Notes: generated from the letters alone by a model not told the origin. A DNA stretch of 64,000 bases from Candidatus Daviesbacteria bacterium (GCA_016184225.1 JACPDA010000004.1:409671-473670), one strand, 5' to 3'; shown: positions 37,573 through 47,749, counted from the stretch's first letter. Made by a program: numbers and translations.

Positions 37573-38671
37573 AAAAATATCATTAATGGATTTGCCGGGG
37601 CAATATAAAGAAGTGGAGAAAGAAGTATTGCCGGTTGTAAAGCGGGTCCTAAAATCCGGTCGTTATGTAATGGGTCCGGAAGTGGCAGAATTTGAGAAAA
37701 ATTTCGCCAAATTCTGTCATGCCAAATATTGTATTGGTACAAGCTCTGGTACAGAATCGTTGCTACTGACTCTAATGGCTTTAAATATTGGGTTGGGTGA
37801 TGAAGTGATTACAGTTCCTAATACCTTTACTGCAACTGCAGAGGTGATAGTACTTGTTGGCGCAACTCCGGTTTTTTGCGACATCGATCCGAAAACAAAA
37901 AATATGGATCCTAAATCCTTAAAAACAAAGATTACCAAAAGAACTAAGGCTGTAATTCCTGTTCACTTGCATGGTAATCCGGTGGATCTGGACGGAATAT
38001 ATAAATTAACAAAATCTAAAAAGATTGCCGTAATAGAAGATGCCGCTCAGGCTCACGGTGCACGATATAAAGGTAAGGTAATTGGTTCCCACAGTAGTGA
38101 ATTTGTCTGCTTTAGTTTTCACCCTGTTAAAAATTTAGGAGCTTTTGGAGATGCCGGAGCAGTTGTAACAAAGAATCCTAAACTGGCGGAAGTGGTGAGA
38201 AAACTTTCTAATCATGGCAGGGAAGACCACTACTTCCATAGCCTAGTGGGTACAACCGGCAGGTTGGATGCAATACAGGGAGCAATTCTGGATGTTAAAC
38301 TTAAAAGACTTAATAAATGGATAAAAGCAAAAAGCCGATGGGCAGGTTATTACAAAAAGAAATTGTCCGGTATCTGTAGATTTATTGAAACAACAAAAAG
38401 TGGGGAAAGCGCTCATCATGTAGTGGCAGTTTTGACCAGCCGTAGAGACGAGCTGTCAGTATATCTTAAAAGTTTTGGTATTGAAACAGGGGTGCATTAT
38501 CCGACTCCCCTGCATATTCAGCCGGCGTACAAATTTTTAGGTTATAAAGAAGGTGATTTTCCAATTGCTGAAAAATATGCTAAAGAAACTCTTTCCCTGC
38601 CCCTATATGCGCATATGAAACAAAAAGATATTGATTTGATAATAGAAAAAATCCGCGACTTTTATTTATGA
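37553..38671 (+). CDS. DegT/DnrJ/EryC1/StrS-family PLP-dependent sugar aminotransferase (WbpE-like).
   Basis: YVMGPEVAEFEKNFAKFCHAKYCIGTSSGTESLLL, VIPVHLHGNPVD, and FSFHPVKNLGAFGDAGAV, which carries the PLP-lysine region. Confidence 0.8.
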   Translation: MKKQIFKKISLMDLPGQYKEVEKEVLPVVKRVLKSGRYVMGPEVAEFEKNFAKFCHAKYCIGTSSGTESLLLTLMALNIGLGDEVITVPNTFTATAEVIVLVGATPVFCDIDPKTKNMDPKSLKTKITKRTKAVIPVHLHGNPVDLDGIYKLTKSKKIAVIEDAAQAHGARYKGKVIGSHSSEFVCFSFHPVKNLGAFGDAGAVVTKNPKLAEVVRKLSNHGREDHYFHSLVGTTGRLDAIQGAILDVKLKRLNKWIKAKSRWAGYYKKKLSGICRFIETTKSGESAHHVVAVLTSRRDELSVYLKSFGIETGVHYPTPLHIQPAYKFLGYKEGDFPIAEKYAKETLSLPLYAHMKQKDIDLIIEKIRDFYL

Positions 38672-39636
38672 AAAAATCAGTAAAAATCTCCGGTAAGAAG
38701 ATACTTATCACTGGCGGCGGGGGTTTTATCGGCAGTTTTCTGACAGAGCGTTTTTATAAAGATAATAAGGTAACTCTTTTTGATAACGGACGTAGGAATT
38801 CTTTCCGTTTTCTCGATCAATCAATACAAAGAAAAGTAAGTTTGATAAACGGGGATATCCGGGACGAAGAAATCGTTAAGAAGATTGTTAAGGGTCAGAA
38901 TATCGTTATTCATCTGGCAGCAATTGCCGGGGCATCTTTTTATGAAACAGATCCTTTGCTGACTTTGGAGGTAAATCTTTTTGGGACTACAAATTTGCTA
39001 AAAGTTTTGGCAGGCAAAAAGATTGAAAGAGTAATTACTTTTTCCACCTCCGAAGTTTACGGATCTTTGGCGAGTGATGTTTCAGAAGATGACTCAACCT
39101 GTATTGGTCCCGTATCCGAAGGTCGGTGGTCGTATGCGGTCTCGAAAGTAGCTTCCGATCATTTGGCCAAAGCATATTTTAAAAAATATGGTCTGCCAGT
39201 TAATATGATAAGGCCTTTTAATATCTATGGACCAAGACAAGTAGGGGAGGGGGCTGTCAGTAATATGTTAACATCGGTCATAAAAACCGGAAAGATTTAT
39301 GTTACGGGTGATGGATCGCAAAAAAGAGCCTGGTGCTACATATCGGATATGGTTAGGGCGGTAGAGCTGATGCTGCAAAAAAATACTTTTGGAGAGTGTT
39401 TCAATATTGGTAATCCTAATGCGTATGTAACTATATTGGAGCTGGCCAAAAAAATTCAGTCTTTATATAAAGGTTCAAAGATAGTTCTTACCAAAGGACG
39501 GGTGGTAGAGGTGTTGGATAGAAAACCCAGTATAGACAAGGCAAAAAATTTATTGGGTTACTATCCTCAAGTTGGACTGGATGATGGTTTGAGAGAAACC
39601 TTTGACTGGTGGAGAAAAAATATCTCTAAATTTTGA
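38668..39636 (+). CDS. NAD-dependent nucleotide-sugar epimerase/dehydratase (extended SDR).
   Basis: KKILITGGGGFIGSFL and YAVSK (YxxxK). ATGA overlap with the aminotransferase gene. Confidence 0.7.
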   Translation: MKKSVKISGKKILITGGGGFIGSFLTERFYKDNKVTLFDNGRRNSFRFLDQSIQRKVSLINGDIRDEEIVKKIVKGQNIVIHLAAIAGASFYETDPLLTLEVNLFGTTNLLKVLAGKKIERVITFSTSEVYGSLASDVSEDDSTCIGPVSEGRWSYAVSKVASDHLAKAYFKKYGLPVNMIRPFNIYGPRQVGEGAVSNMLTSVIKTGKIYVTGDGSQKRAWCYISDMVRAVELMLQKNTFGECFNIGNPNAYVTILELAKKIQSLYKGSKIVLTKGRVVEVLDRKPSIDKAKNLLGYYPQVGLDDGLRETFDWWRKNISKF

Positions 39637-39640
39637 ATAT

Positions 39641-39823
39641 TTAGATTGTTTCTGTCTCAAAAAGTAGAGACTTCATATTCAAATTTAACTCTGCCGCTTT
39701 GACATAATCTGCTTCAATCGTTCTGGACCAAACATCAACTCCAAAATATTTGTTGAAAATTCTAGGATAGATTTGAAAAATATAACTTAATGCTGATATG
39801 ATTAGTCCGATTATAAAAGCCAT
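39641..39823 (-). pseudogene. Truncated remnant, about 60 codons, of a paralog of the membrane-protein gene at 41711..43246.
   Basis: IFQIYPRIFNKYFGVDVWSRTIEADYVK aligns with LLQIYPRLLNKYYGLDVWVKMIEADIFRK at the N-terminus of 41711..43246, about 60% identity over 29 aa. The ORF ends after 60 codons with no continuation. Confidence 0.4.
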
Positions 39824-39910
39824 AAGTTTTAAAAGATTTTTAAATTATATATGAAAACAAGAAAGTAATCAGCTATTTTTTTTGTCTAATAAAAAAGCTA
39901 TAATTTATAA

Positions 39911-41620
39911 ATGTTAATTTTAGGTGTCTGCAATGCTATTGATAGCGGTGCTTGTTTACTAAAGGATGGAAAAATTTTGGCAGCTGTTAGCGAAGAACGG
40001 TTTGTTCGTAAAAAAAATATTGCGACATTTCCTAAGCAGTCAATTAAATATATTCTTCAGAGTCAGAAATTAAAGCCAACTGATATTGATTGGATAGGTT
40101 GTGGTGCCTGGAATGGGGTAGATCAATTAGAAACACTACCACGCTTGATTGAAGATGTGATTGATCAATTAGAGAATAGTCCTAAAGATACTAAAGATAT
40201 TATACTTCAGCGAATTAAAATAACCGGTGAGCGAGATACTGCTTTTAAAAAGGAATTATTTGAGGGTTTAGAGGATTTAGGTTTTCCAAGAGAAAAAGTG
40301 ATTCTTTGTGATCATCATTACTCCCATGCTTTAACTGCTTTTTATTGTTCACCATATAAGGAAGCTTATATTTTTACAGCTGATGGCCGCGGTGATTTTC
40401 GTTCTGTGTCGCTTTGGTCGGCCACACGTATAGAGGGTCTTAAGTTTATTGATATGGCAACAGAGTTAACCAGCTTAGGTGCAATGTATGGGTTTATAAC
40501 AAAGCTATTAGGTTTTACCCCGGATAAACATGAAGGGAAGGTAACAGGCTTAGCAGCTAGAGGTAAGCAGACAAAAGCCTTTGAGATTTTAAAATCCGGA
40601 TTGTGGTTTGATGAGGAAAAGGGAAAGATCCGAAGCAGAATTGGAGATACATACAGACCTTTTATATCTGCCGATTGGCCAGAGATTCATAAAAAATTGG
40701 CAGGTTTCTCAAGGGACGATATAGCCTACGCTGCACAGAAACTTTTGGAGGAAACTTTAATGGGTTTTTTAATAAAGCATATAGGATCTAAGTCAAAGGG
40801 CAGTATAAATCTTTGTTTAGCTGGTGGTTGTATGAGTAATGTGAAGTTAAACTATGAATTATCTAATCTTCCACAGGTAAAGAGTATTTATATTTTTCCT
40901 CAAATGGGAGATGGAGGAAATTCATTAGGTGGAGCTATCAATATAGCATTAACTAAAGGTAATAATATACGCCATTTTGGTCTACCTACTGTTTATCTTG
41001 GACCAGCATATTCAAATGAGGAAATTAAACGGGTTTTGGAAAGTCAAAAGGTTTCATATATTCAAGTTCAATCTCAAGATAAAATAAAAAAGGCAGTTCA
41101 GTTTCTTATTGAAGGAAAGTTAGTGGGTTGGTATCAAGGTCGTATGGAGTATGGGCCTAGAGCATTAGGTGCCAGATCTATATTAGCAGAAGCCACAGAT
41201 AAAGAGATTACCCAAATTCTAAACCAAAGGTTAGAACGGAGTGACTTTATGCCTTTTGCACCAGTCACTATTCCTGAGTATGCAGATAAATGCTTTGTTG
41301 GGTGGCGGCAAGATCATATCTCTTCACGATTCATGACCATTTGTTACCAATGTACGCCCTATCTTAAAAGTAAGTGTCCAGCTATAGTTCATGTTGATGG
41401 AAGCGCTAGACCTCAAGTCGTATTTCGTGAGCAAAATCCAGAATATTATGAAGTAGTTAAATCTTATATAGAACAAACCGGAAATCCAGTTTTAATTAAT
41501 ACCAGCTTTAATAATCACGAGGAACCAATAGTAAATACACCAACAGATGCTATAAACAGTCTGATCAAAAGAAATGTTGATGTACTTATAGCAGGTGACC
41601 TGATTGTCTCATTAAAATAA
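39911..41620 (+). CDS. Carbamoyltransferase (NodU/CmcH/TobZ family O-carbamoyltransferase).
   Basis: N-terminal ILGVCNAIDSGACLLKDGKILAAVSEERF (ASKHA-like carbamoyltransferase N-domain), HHYSHA motif, C-terminal YrdC-like domain, and a length of about 570 aa typical for the family. Confidence 0.75.
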   Translation: MLILGVCNAIDSGACLLKDGKILAAVSEERFVRKKNIATFPKQSIKYILQSQKLKPTDIDWIGCGAWNGVDQLETLPRLIEDVIDQLENSPKDTKDIILQRIKITGERDTAFKKELFEGLEDLGFPREKVILCDHHYSHALTAFYCSPYKEAYIFTADGRGDFRSVSLWSATRIEGLKFIDMATELTSLGAMYGFITKLLGFTPDKHEGKVTGLAARGKQTKAFEILKSGLWFDEEKGKIRSRIGDTYRPFISADWPEIHKKLAGFSRDDIAYAAQKLLEETLMGFLIKHIGSKSKGSINLCLAGGCMSNVKLNYELSNLPQVKSIYIFPQMGDGGNSLGGAINIALTKGNNIRHFGLPTVYLGPAYSNEEIKRVLESQKVSYIQVQSQDKIKKAVQFLIEGKLVGWYQGRMEYGPRALGARSILAEATDKEITQILNQRLERSDFMPFAPVTIPEYADKCFVGWRQDHISSRFMTICYQCTPYLKSKCPAIVHVDGSARPQVVFREQNPEYYEVVKSYIEQTGNPVLINTSFNNHEEPIVNTPTDAINSLIKRNVDVLIAGDLIVSLK

Positions 41621-41710
41621 TCTATGTAGGGATTCTTTCAAACGCTTCAATTAAGATACTATCGATATCGTATTTTTTAGAAAGTTTGATAGCAGATCCT
41701 TATATAATTT

Positions 41711-43246
41711 CTATATTTTGATAACTTCCATATCTTCAGTTTCATATAAAACTGAATTCTTTTTTAATCCTAAATCTTTTAATGAACTGTAATCCTTTTT
41801 TAAGACTAAAAGATTAAGATTATATTTTCTGGCAATTTCTTTTATGGATTTTGTTAGGACAGGATAGACATCTGCAATCTTTGCAGCTGTTCTGGGCTGA
41901 AAATCAACTAGCACTTCGCTTTTGGTGTTATATAAAACCATATAAGCAATTTTCTGTGGAAGACAAATTATTCTGGGTCTAAATTTTAAAGTATTAATAT
42001 ATTTAAATCCCTCTTGCATCCCTTTAGTCATTGTTCTGTCCTTATCTTTAATGACAACCTTCCACTGCAGGAAAATTGATATGGCTAGATTAATAAATGT
42101 AATTGCGGCCAAAATTATAATAGCTAATAATTTAAAATCTGTTCTTATTAAATGAGAAAAAATAACCGCTGTAACAATAACTGTGGGAGCCAATGCCATT
42201 TCCATATACCTTTGTCCTTCTCCGATGGGAGTTAAGTATTTTATAGAAAGCACCAGAATCGAAAGAATATAGAAAAAGAACGCCCAAAGGCTTAATTTGA
42301 AAAGCAAAAAGTTACTAATGGGTAAAAAGTCTATATTTATTATTTTAAATACTAGGAATGCCAAAGGTCCCAGTGTCCAGAGGTTTACTCCAAGCAGAGA
42401 AAACGGAGTGAATTTACTGAGTACGAGATAAATATAACTTACTAAATCTGTTTTTATCTTACTGTTGTTTTGTCTAACTTGATGAGAAAATCGGTGTCTA
42501 AAATTAATTGACCAAAGATAAATGTTTGCAATATGCTCTTCTAGAATTTTATAGTAATATCCTTTACTAATAACTAATGCGGTTCCCATAGCCGTAAAGA
42601 ACATTAAAATATACAAAGGGTTTCTTTCAATAATTAAGAAAAATATTGATATGAATAAAAACGACTGGATAGGAAATTTATGAGAGAAGAAACAAACCAC
42701 TAAGCCAATAAAACTTACAGTCAAAAAAAGAATATTTGGATTAATAGAATATGCTATGAGCGGATAGAATGCCAAAGTAAAAAGCATATAGCCTAATGAT
42801 CGGGGAGTTAGATAGCTATTCTCTAAAATTATTAAAGGGATAGTTGCGTAAATAAATTGTGCCACCAAAGCAATTTCGAATTTGCCTGTAATTTGGTAGG
42901 TTATGAAAAATATCAAAATATTATGAACTGCATCAAAGATAGGAGAAATAAATCCTTGCACCCGAAGTAAAGTTTTTTTACTAAGGAACGACAGTAACCA
43001 AGGGAGGGCAGGAGGGTATACGAAATAGCCCTCGAGCATAAATCCCTCCTTAACTTTTTCCATGGGTATATGGTGACCATTTTTTCTGAAAATATCTGCT
43101 TCAATCATCTTCACCCAAACGTCTAATCCGTAGTATTTATTCAACAGCCTTGGGTATATTTGCAGTAGAAAACCCAAAATAGGAATAAAGAGTGCGGAAA
43201 GATAGATCATAAATAGCATCATACACAATGGATATACATTTTTCAA
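41711..43246 (-). CDS. Polytopic membrane protein (511 aa), possibly a Wzy-like polymerase or ligase. Function unknown.
   Basis: About 12 hydrophobic helices with a periplasmic-like loop near the N-terminus. First gene of a minus-strand operon with a UDP-GlcNAc 2-epimerase and a GT4 gene. Confidence 0.4.
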   Translation of the reverse strand: MKNVYPLCMMLFMIYLSALFIPILGFLLQIYPRLLNKYYGLDVWVKMIEADIFRKNGHHIPMEKVKEGFMLEGYFVYPPALPWLLSFLSKKTLLRVQGFISPIFDAVHNILIFFITYQITGKFEIALVAQFIYATIPLIILENSYLTPRSLGYMLFTLAFYPLIAYSINPNILFLTVSFIGLVVCFFSHKFPIQSFLFISIFFLIIERNPLYILMFFTAMGTALVISKGYYYKILEEHIANIYLWSINFRHRFSHQVRQNNSKIKTDLVSYIYLVLSKFTPFSLLGVNLWTLGPLAFLVFKIINIDFLPISNFLLFKLSLWAFFFYILSILVLSIKYLTPIGEGQRYMEMALAPTVIVTAVIFSHLIRTDFKLLAIIILAAITFINLAISIFLQWKVVIKDKDRTMTKGMQEGFKYINTLKFRPRIICLPQKIAYMVLYNTKSEVLVDFQPRTAAKIADVYPVLTKSIKEIARKYNLNLLVLKKDYSSLKDLGLKKNSVLYETEDMEVIKI

Positions 43247-43259
43247 AACAGCAGTGTTT

Positions 43260-44408
43260 TTAGTTAAGTTTTAGTAAATAATCAACGATAATTTTTGAGG
43301 GGGGGATCGTATAAGATATAGATCTTCTTTGATATTTTTTGTAATTTTTTACAAAATCCCTGATTATCTGTTCATTAGCATGACTTAAAAGCGCATTTTC
43401 TCCTAATCCTTCTATTCTTTCAGTTACATTTCTTAAAATTAGGCAGGGTTTACCTAAATAGTAAGCTTCCTCCTGATTACTGCCTCCATCTGTAGCTATA
43501 AACTCCGCTTTTGCCATTAGTGTGATGAATTGGGAATAAGGCAACCTTGGTACAAAAACAAAGTTTCTATTCTTTCTGATTTCTTTCCACAGACCTTCTT
43601 TTTTCATAAAATCAGATGTCAATTTATGAAGCACTAAAACGCAGACTAGATTTGAACTGGTATATTCAGAGAATATTTTAATAATTCTTTTTGTAAAATT
43701 CTTTCTGAATAAAATATGTTCCTGTCTATGCAAAACTAATATAAAATACTTAGTCTTAGGAATAATTCTAATTATTGAATCCTTGGTATTTCTTAAAGTG
43801 GTCTGTAAGGTTTCGATCAGAGTATTATTTAGAGTGTTTATTTTTACTCTGCCAATTTTTTTTAGATTTTTAACCGACCAGGAATTTGGGCAAAAATGGA
43901 TGCTTGCGAGACGCGAGATGATAAATCTACATAGTTCCTCGGGAAAAGGTTCTAAAAAATTAAAAGATCTAAGACCTGATTCTATATGTACCAGCCTAAG
44001 GCCCTGTATTTTTGCAGCGATCGCCCCTATCAGAGAGGAAACCGTATCTCCGTGTACAATAAAGAATGAATTTCTTTTATCAATATTTCTAAATTCATTA
44101 TTAAAGTAAAGATGAAAGTTACCAAGAGTTTTTATGGCCCAAACTACAAAACGGAGATATAAATTGTTAGGCATTCTGGTATGTTTTAATACATTTTTGT
44201 AGTAGATCTCTTGTTTGCCCAGTATATATCGCAGTTCTTCAAAGTGAAGAATATTTTGATTAGATGAGATTATTTTAAACGTCTTCTTTCTTTTTTTAAG
44301 CTCCTGGAGGACAGGCGCAAGTTTTATAAGTTCCGCCGTTGTCCCGATAAAAAAGTAGATATTTTCGTCTCGCATAAAAGGTATTGGAAACTCAGCATAT
44401 TTTAACAC
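43260..44408 (-). CDS. UDP-N-acetylglucosamine 2-epimerase (WecB/NeuC family).
   Basis: HGDTVSSLIGAIAAKIQGLRLVHIESGLRS against WecB HGDTTTTLAASLAA....VGHVEAGLRT. TDGGSNQEEAYYLGKPCLILRNVTER against [26 protein letters not shown]. Confidence 0.75.
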   Translation of the reverse strand: MLKYAEFPIPFMRDENIYFFIGTTAELIKLAPVLQELKKRKKTFKIISSNQNILHFEELRYILGKQEIYYKNVLKHTRMPNNLYLRFVVWAIKTLGNFHLYFNNEFRNIDKRNSFFIVHGDTVSSLIGAIAAKIQGLRLVHIESGLRSFNFLEPFPEELCRFIISRLASIHFCPNSWSVKNLKKIGRVKINTLNNTLIETLQTTLRNTKDSIIRIIPKTKYFILVLHRQEHILFRKNFTKRIIKIFSEYTSSNLVCVLVLHKLTSDFMKKEGLWKEIRKNRNFVFVPRLPYSQFITLMAKAEFIATDGGSNQEEAYYLGKPCLILRNVTERIEGLGENALLSHANEQIIRDFVKNYKKYQRRSISYTIPPSKIIVDYLLKLN

Positions 44409-44430
44409 TATTTAATTAAATTTACTTTAA

Positions 44431-45642
44431 CTAATTGGAGATTTTTGCGATAGCGGATCTTAAGATATTATTAATATCAAATTTTTTGGAAAGCTTGATG
44501 GCAGCATCTTTGTATGATTTATATTTGTCTTCGCTGCTTAACAATTTGGCGACAGCATCTGCTAAAGATTTTTCGGAATAATTAATTACTACTCCGCTTT
44601 TTGTCTTTGAGATCAGATTTGACATTGTGGCAACATCAGTTGTTATCACTGGAAGGCCGCAGCACATATAAAGTTTTATTTTACTGGGGTCTGAATAGTA
44701 GCTAAGGCTGTTTGGCTTGGGTATGTAAGGAGCCAGCCCGATACTTTTTTGAACCATTAAATCGGTCATATCGGCAAACTTTTCAATGTAACCGGTGAAA
44801 TCAACATAGCGGTTAAGCTTTAATTTGAAAACTAAATCTTTTAAATAATCAAGATATTTTCCCGAACCGATTATAGTGAGGCGGATTTTGGGAAACTTTT
44901 TAATTAAATAAGGCATAGCTTGTATGGTTAGTTGTGGACCCGTTGATTCTCTGATTGCCCCCATGTATAGGATATTGTAGAAATTGATTTTATCAAAAGG
45001 CAGAACATTAATTCTTTTATTGTTATAACAAATAGGCACTATATTAAACGGGGCGCTATTTAAACGTGTAATGCCATATTGTTTTCTTTCTTTGATTTGC
45101 TCCTTCACCATTACCCAATTAGTGTCTGAAAATCTGCAGGCAGTTTTATCCATAAAACGGTAAAGGGAGTTCAAGAAGGAATTGTTAAAACGCTGAGGGA
45201 CAAAATCGAGGGAATAATAAACCAGCCGCTTCATTAGGCTAAGAAAACGAAGCGGCAGGATAGTGATAAACGATAAATTTTCCATTGCGATGCAAAGATG
45301 GAAGGAGAAGTCTGTTTTAGATAGGAAATAATAGGTGATTATAATATGGTGCAGGTATTTTAAAAATTCCGGGCCATTATAGACAGACGCTTTTAACTCT
45401 CTAACCTTTTGGCCGTTAATATAGATTAAGCAGTAAGAGGTATGGTGGCCAAATTCAGGCAAAGGATGAGTGATTAGGATAATTTTCTGGACTTTATCTT
45501 TTAAGTACCGAAGTATCCGCATGTCCGTATCCTCGCCGTATTCCGACCTGTTTGTATAATGAGTCAGCATTAATATTTTGGTTTTATCTTTTTTCAGAAT
45601 CATAAGTTTAGATTTTTGTTGTATTTTCGGATTATACATCAT
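44431..45642 (-). CDS. GT4 (GT-B) glycosyltransferase.
   Basis: C-terminal GLAPYIPKPN...CCGLPVITTDVATMSNLISKTKSGVV (GT4 C-domain pattern). N-domain weakly conserved. Confidence 0.65.
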   Translation of the reverse strand: MMYNPKIQQKSKLMILKKDKTKILMLTHYTNRSEYGEDTDMRILRYLKDKVQKIILITHPLPEFGHHTSYCLIYINGQKVRELKASVYNGPEFLKYLHHIIITYYFLSKTDFSFHLCIAMENLSFITILPLRFLSLMKRLVYYSLDFVPQRFNNSFLNSLYRFMDKTACRFSDTNWVMVKEQIKERKQYGITRLNSAPFNIVPICYNNKRINVLPFDKINFYNILYMGAIRESTGPQLTIQAMPYLIKKFPKIRLTIIGSGKYLDYLKDLVFKLKLNRYVDFTGYIEKFADMTDLMVQKSIGLAPYIPKPNSLSYYSDPSKIKLYMCCGLPVITTDVATMSNLISKTKSGVVINYSEKSLADAVAKLLSSEDKYKSYKDAAIKLSKKFDINNILRSAIAKISN

Positions 45643-45730
45643 AATATTCTTAATTGGATGAAATATATATTAAAAAGTAATTAAGTAAATTTTCTACCCT
45701 TGACCCTTATGCTATACTTTCAAAAATTAT

Positions 45731-46759
45731 ATGTCTCTAGATCCTAAAGATTTTTCTGTTATCATACCAACATATAATAGAAGCCAGTTTTTAAAAAAAG
45801 CAATCCATTCAGTTTTGAGACAGGATTGTATTTCTTTTGAGGTTATAGTTGGGGACAACTGTTCAACTGATGACACAAGTAAGGTGGTGAAAAGCTTTAA
45901 GGACAGGAGAATTAAATATTTCAAAAACAGGGAAAATCTGGGGTTTGCCGGGAACATCAGGAGATGCTTCAAAAGGGCGCAGGGAGATTTTATTTTTACT
46001 TTAGGTGATGATGATTTAATTTTGGAAGAGCGTACTCTATTTGAAATCCTAAACGCTATGAAGAAGTATAAAACCGGTATGGGCTCAATCGGTACAATTT
46101 ACTATTCTCATTCTCCCAAACACCCAAGTAAAATTTTTCGCTTAAGTGATAAAGTTATTTTTGTCAAACCGGGAAAAGTAAAAAAGTTGCCACTTAAAGC
46201 GTTGGATTTCAATATCTCTTTTTTTACCGGGCTTGTTTTTGACAGATCCTTAATAAATATTGCTAAAATTACAGACAGTTTTACTTATGCATATTTCCCT
46301 TTTTGTTATGATGTTATTTCCAAACAGGGGATAGTTTATCTACCAAGTCTTTTTACTGTCGCTTATATTAGCCAGAGGTTTGTCCCCTATTACTTTAATT
46401 TAGAAAAGCTAGGTAGTTTTTATATGGAAGATTATTTAAAGATGATAAAGGAATTTGTTGATGGAAAAGATTATTTGCAGCATAAAAAAGAATTCTTAAG
46501 AGGAGGGGCAATTTTGCTTCCGAGTATTAAACTTTTTACGGATAATAAAAATTACCTAAAAGTTTTAAAGAAGTTAATTAATTTGGACAACAGCCTTTTA
46601 ACAGACCCGAAGTTTCTTTTACTGGCATTGACCGGCTTTTTGCCAAAAATTATTTTAAAAACGCTGCGCGGATTGATAATTTTTATCTGGGAGAGAAAAA
46701 CCGTTATGCAAGTTAAAAAGTATGGTTACTTTGAAAAGCTTGCAAAGTTAGAGGTTTGA
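45731..46759 (+). CDS. GT2 glycosyltransferase.
   Basis: FSVIIPTYNRSQFLKKAIHSVLRQ...VIVGDNCSTDDT...FTLGDDDL (DxD). Confidence 0.7.
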   Translation: MSLDPKDFSVIIPTYNRSQFLKKAIHSVLRQDCISFEVIVGDNCSTDDTSKVVKSFKDRRIKYFKNRENLGFAGNIRRCFKRAQGDFIFTLGDDDLILEERTLFEILNAMKKYKTGMGSIGTIYYSHSPKHPSKIFRLSDKVIFVKPGKVKKLPLKALDFNISFFTGLVFDRSLINIAKITDSFTYAYFPFCYDVISKQGIVYLPSLFTVAYISQRFVPYYFNLEKLGSFYMEDYLKMIKEFVDGKDYLQHKKEFLRGGAILLPSIKLFTDNKNYLKVLKKLINLDNSLLTDPKFLLLALTGFLPKIILKTLRGLIIFIWERKTVMQVKKYGYFEKLAKLEV

Positions 46760-47749
46760 CCTTATTTTACCAATCAACTCCTGTACCCGTACCCCTTCTT
46801 TGAATGATGGGATCATCTGCTCTTTGTGGGCGCAACAATATATAAAACGGGCAGCTATCTTTTTTACAATCCTGACCCGTTCATCCTCGTCAATTTTTTT
46901 TGGTTTTTCTTTGAGTTTAATTTTTGTCTCTTTTTTTTCTGAATAAATCTTTATTACAAAATCAGTTACAGACCCGCTTTCATTTTTCAGTATAATTGCC
47001 CCTTTTTCGCACTGAAATATTAATTGATGCTTGTTATAGACTTTGGTACTTATGGAGATATGGGCATAACCTTTGATTCCCGTTTTAAAGCTTAATAGCA
47101 AATCAAGGCCGACTTCCCCGCTGTTTATACTTTCTTTGGAATAGAAAAATTGGCTTTTGATTCCGGTAATTTCCCCGGCTAAATATTCGAGGTAATAAAG
47201 AGAATGGGAAAAGTAATATGATAAGGCGCCTCCGCCTTCACGGGTATTTGTTTTCCAGGATGAGATTTTATTTTTAATATCATAGCTTAAGAAGTCCCAG
47301 TTTAAGGAAATATGCCTTAATTTGCCGTATACTTTTTTATCTATCATCTCCTTAACTTTTTGCCACGCTTCAATTTCCGGAAAAATAAAATCAACCGCGT
47401 TAGTTATTTTTTTTTTGGTAGCAATTCTGAGTAGCTCTTTAGCCTGTTGGTAATTTAGCGCTAAGGGCTTTTCCGCAAAAATATGTAGATTTTTCCTAAG
47501 AGCCGCTCTAATTATATTATGTTGAGCATTAGGGGGTACTGCTATGGCAACGGCATTTATTTTCTCTGTAGCCAACATTTCTTGCCAGCTGGTGTATATT
47601 TTCCCGAGTCCTATGCTCTGACAATATTTAACAAGACGTTCTGTTTTTTTGCCGCAAATAGCGATAACTTTACAGCCAACAGTAGAATTAAAAGCAGGGA
47701 GTAAACCATAAAGGCCAAATCCAGACCCGATTATGCCAACTTTTATCAT
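46748..47749 (-). CDS. Gfo/Idh/MocA-family NAD(P)-dependent oxidoreductase.
   Basis: MIKVGIIGSGFGLYGLLPAF Rossmann N-terminus, EKPLALNYQQAKEL. The coding strand contains an A11 homopolymer (KKK). Confidence 0.65.
   Translation of the reverse strand: MIKVGIIGSGFGLYGLLPAFNSTVGCKVIAICGKKTERLVKYCQSIGLGKIYTSWQEMLATEKINAVAIAVPPNAQHNIIRAALRKNLHIFAEKPLALNYQQAKELLRIATKKKITNAVDFIFPEIEAWQKVKEMIDKKVYGKLRHISLNWDFLSYDIKNKISSWKTNTREGGGALSYYFSHSLYYLEYLAGEITGIKSQFFYSKESINSGEVGLDLLLSFKTGIKGYAHISISTKVYNKHQLIFQCEKGAIILKNESGSVTDFVIKIYSEKKETKIKLKEKPKKIDEDERVRIVKKIAARFIYCCAHKEQMIPSFKEGVRVQELIGKIRSNL

Noticed and set aside
41621-41710. Possible intrinsic terminator in the convergent gap between the carbamoyltransferase and the 511-aa membrane protein (palindrome CGATATCG followed by a TATTTTTT run).
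   Set aside because: The stem is only 8 nt with no loop and is AT-rich. This is not convincing as a Rho-independent terminator, so it is not reported as a feature.
46891-47417. Homopolymer tracts T10 (46897..46906) and T11 (47407..47417) inside the Gfo/Idh/MocA gene, and A8-A9 runs in other genes (10264, 15171, 37286, 49921), considered as phase-variation sites.
   Set aside because: A/T homopolymers of 8-11 nt are expected at this GC content, and they encode lysine runs in-frame. Without read-level evidence they are not distinguishable from background, so they are only noted in the gene evidence.
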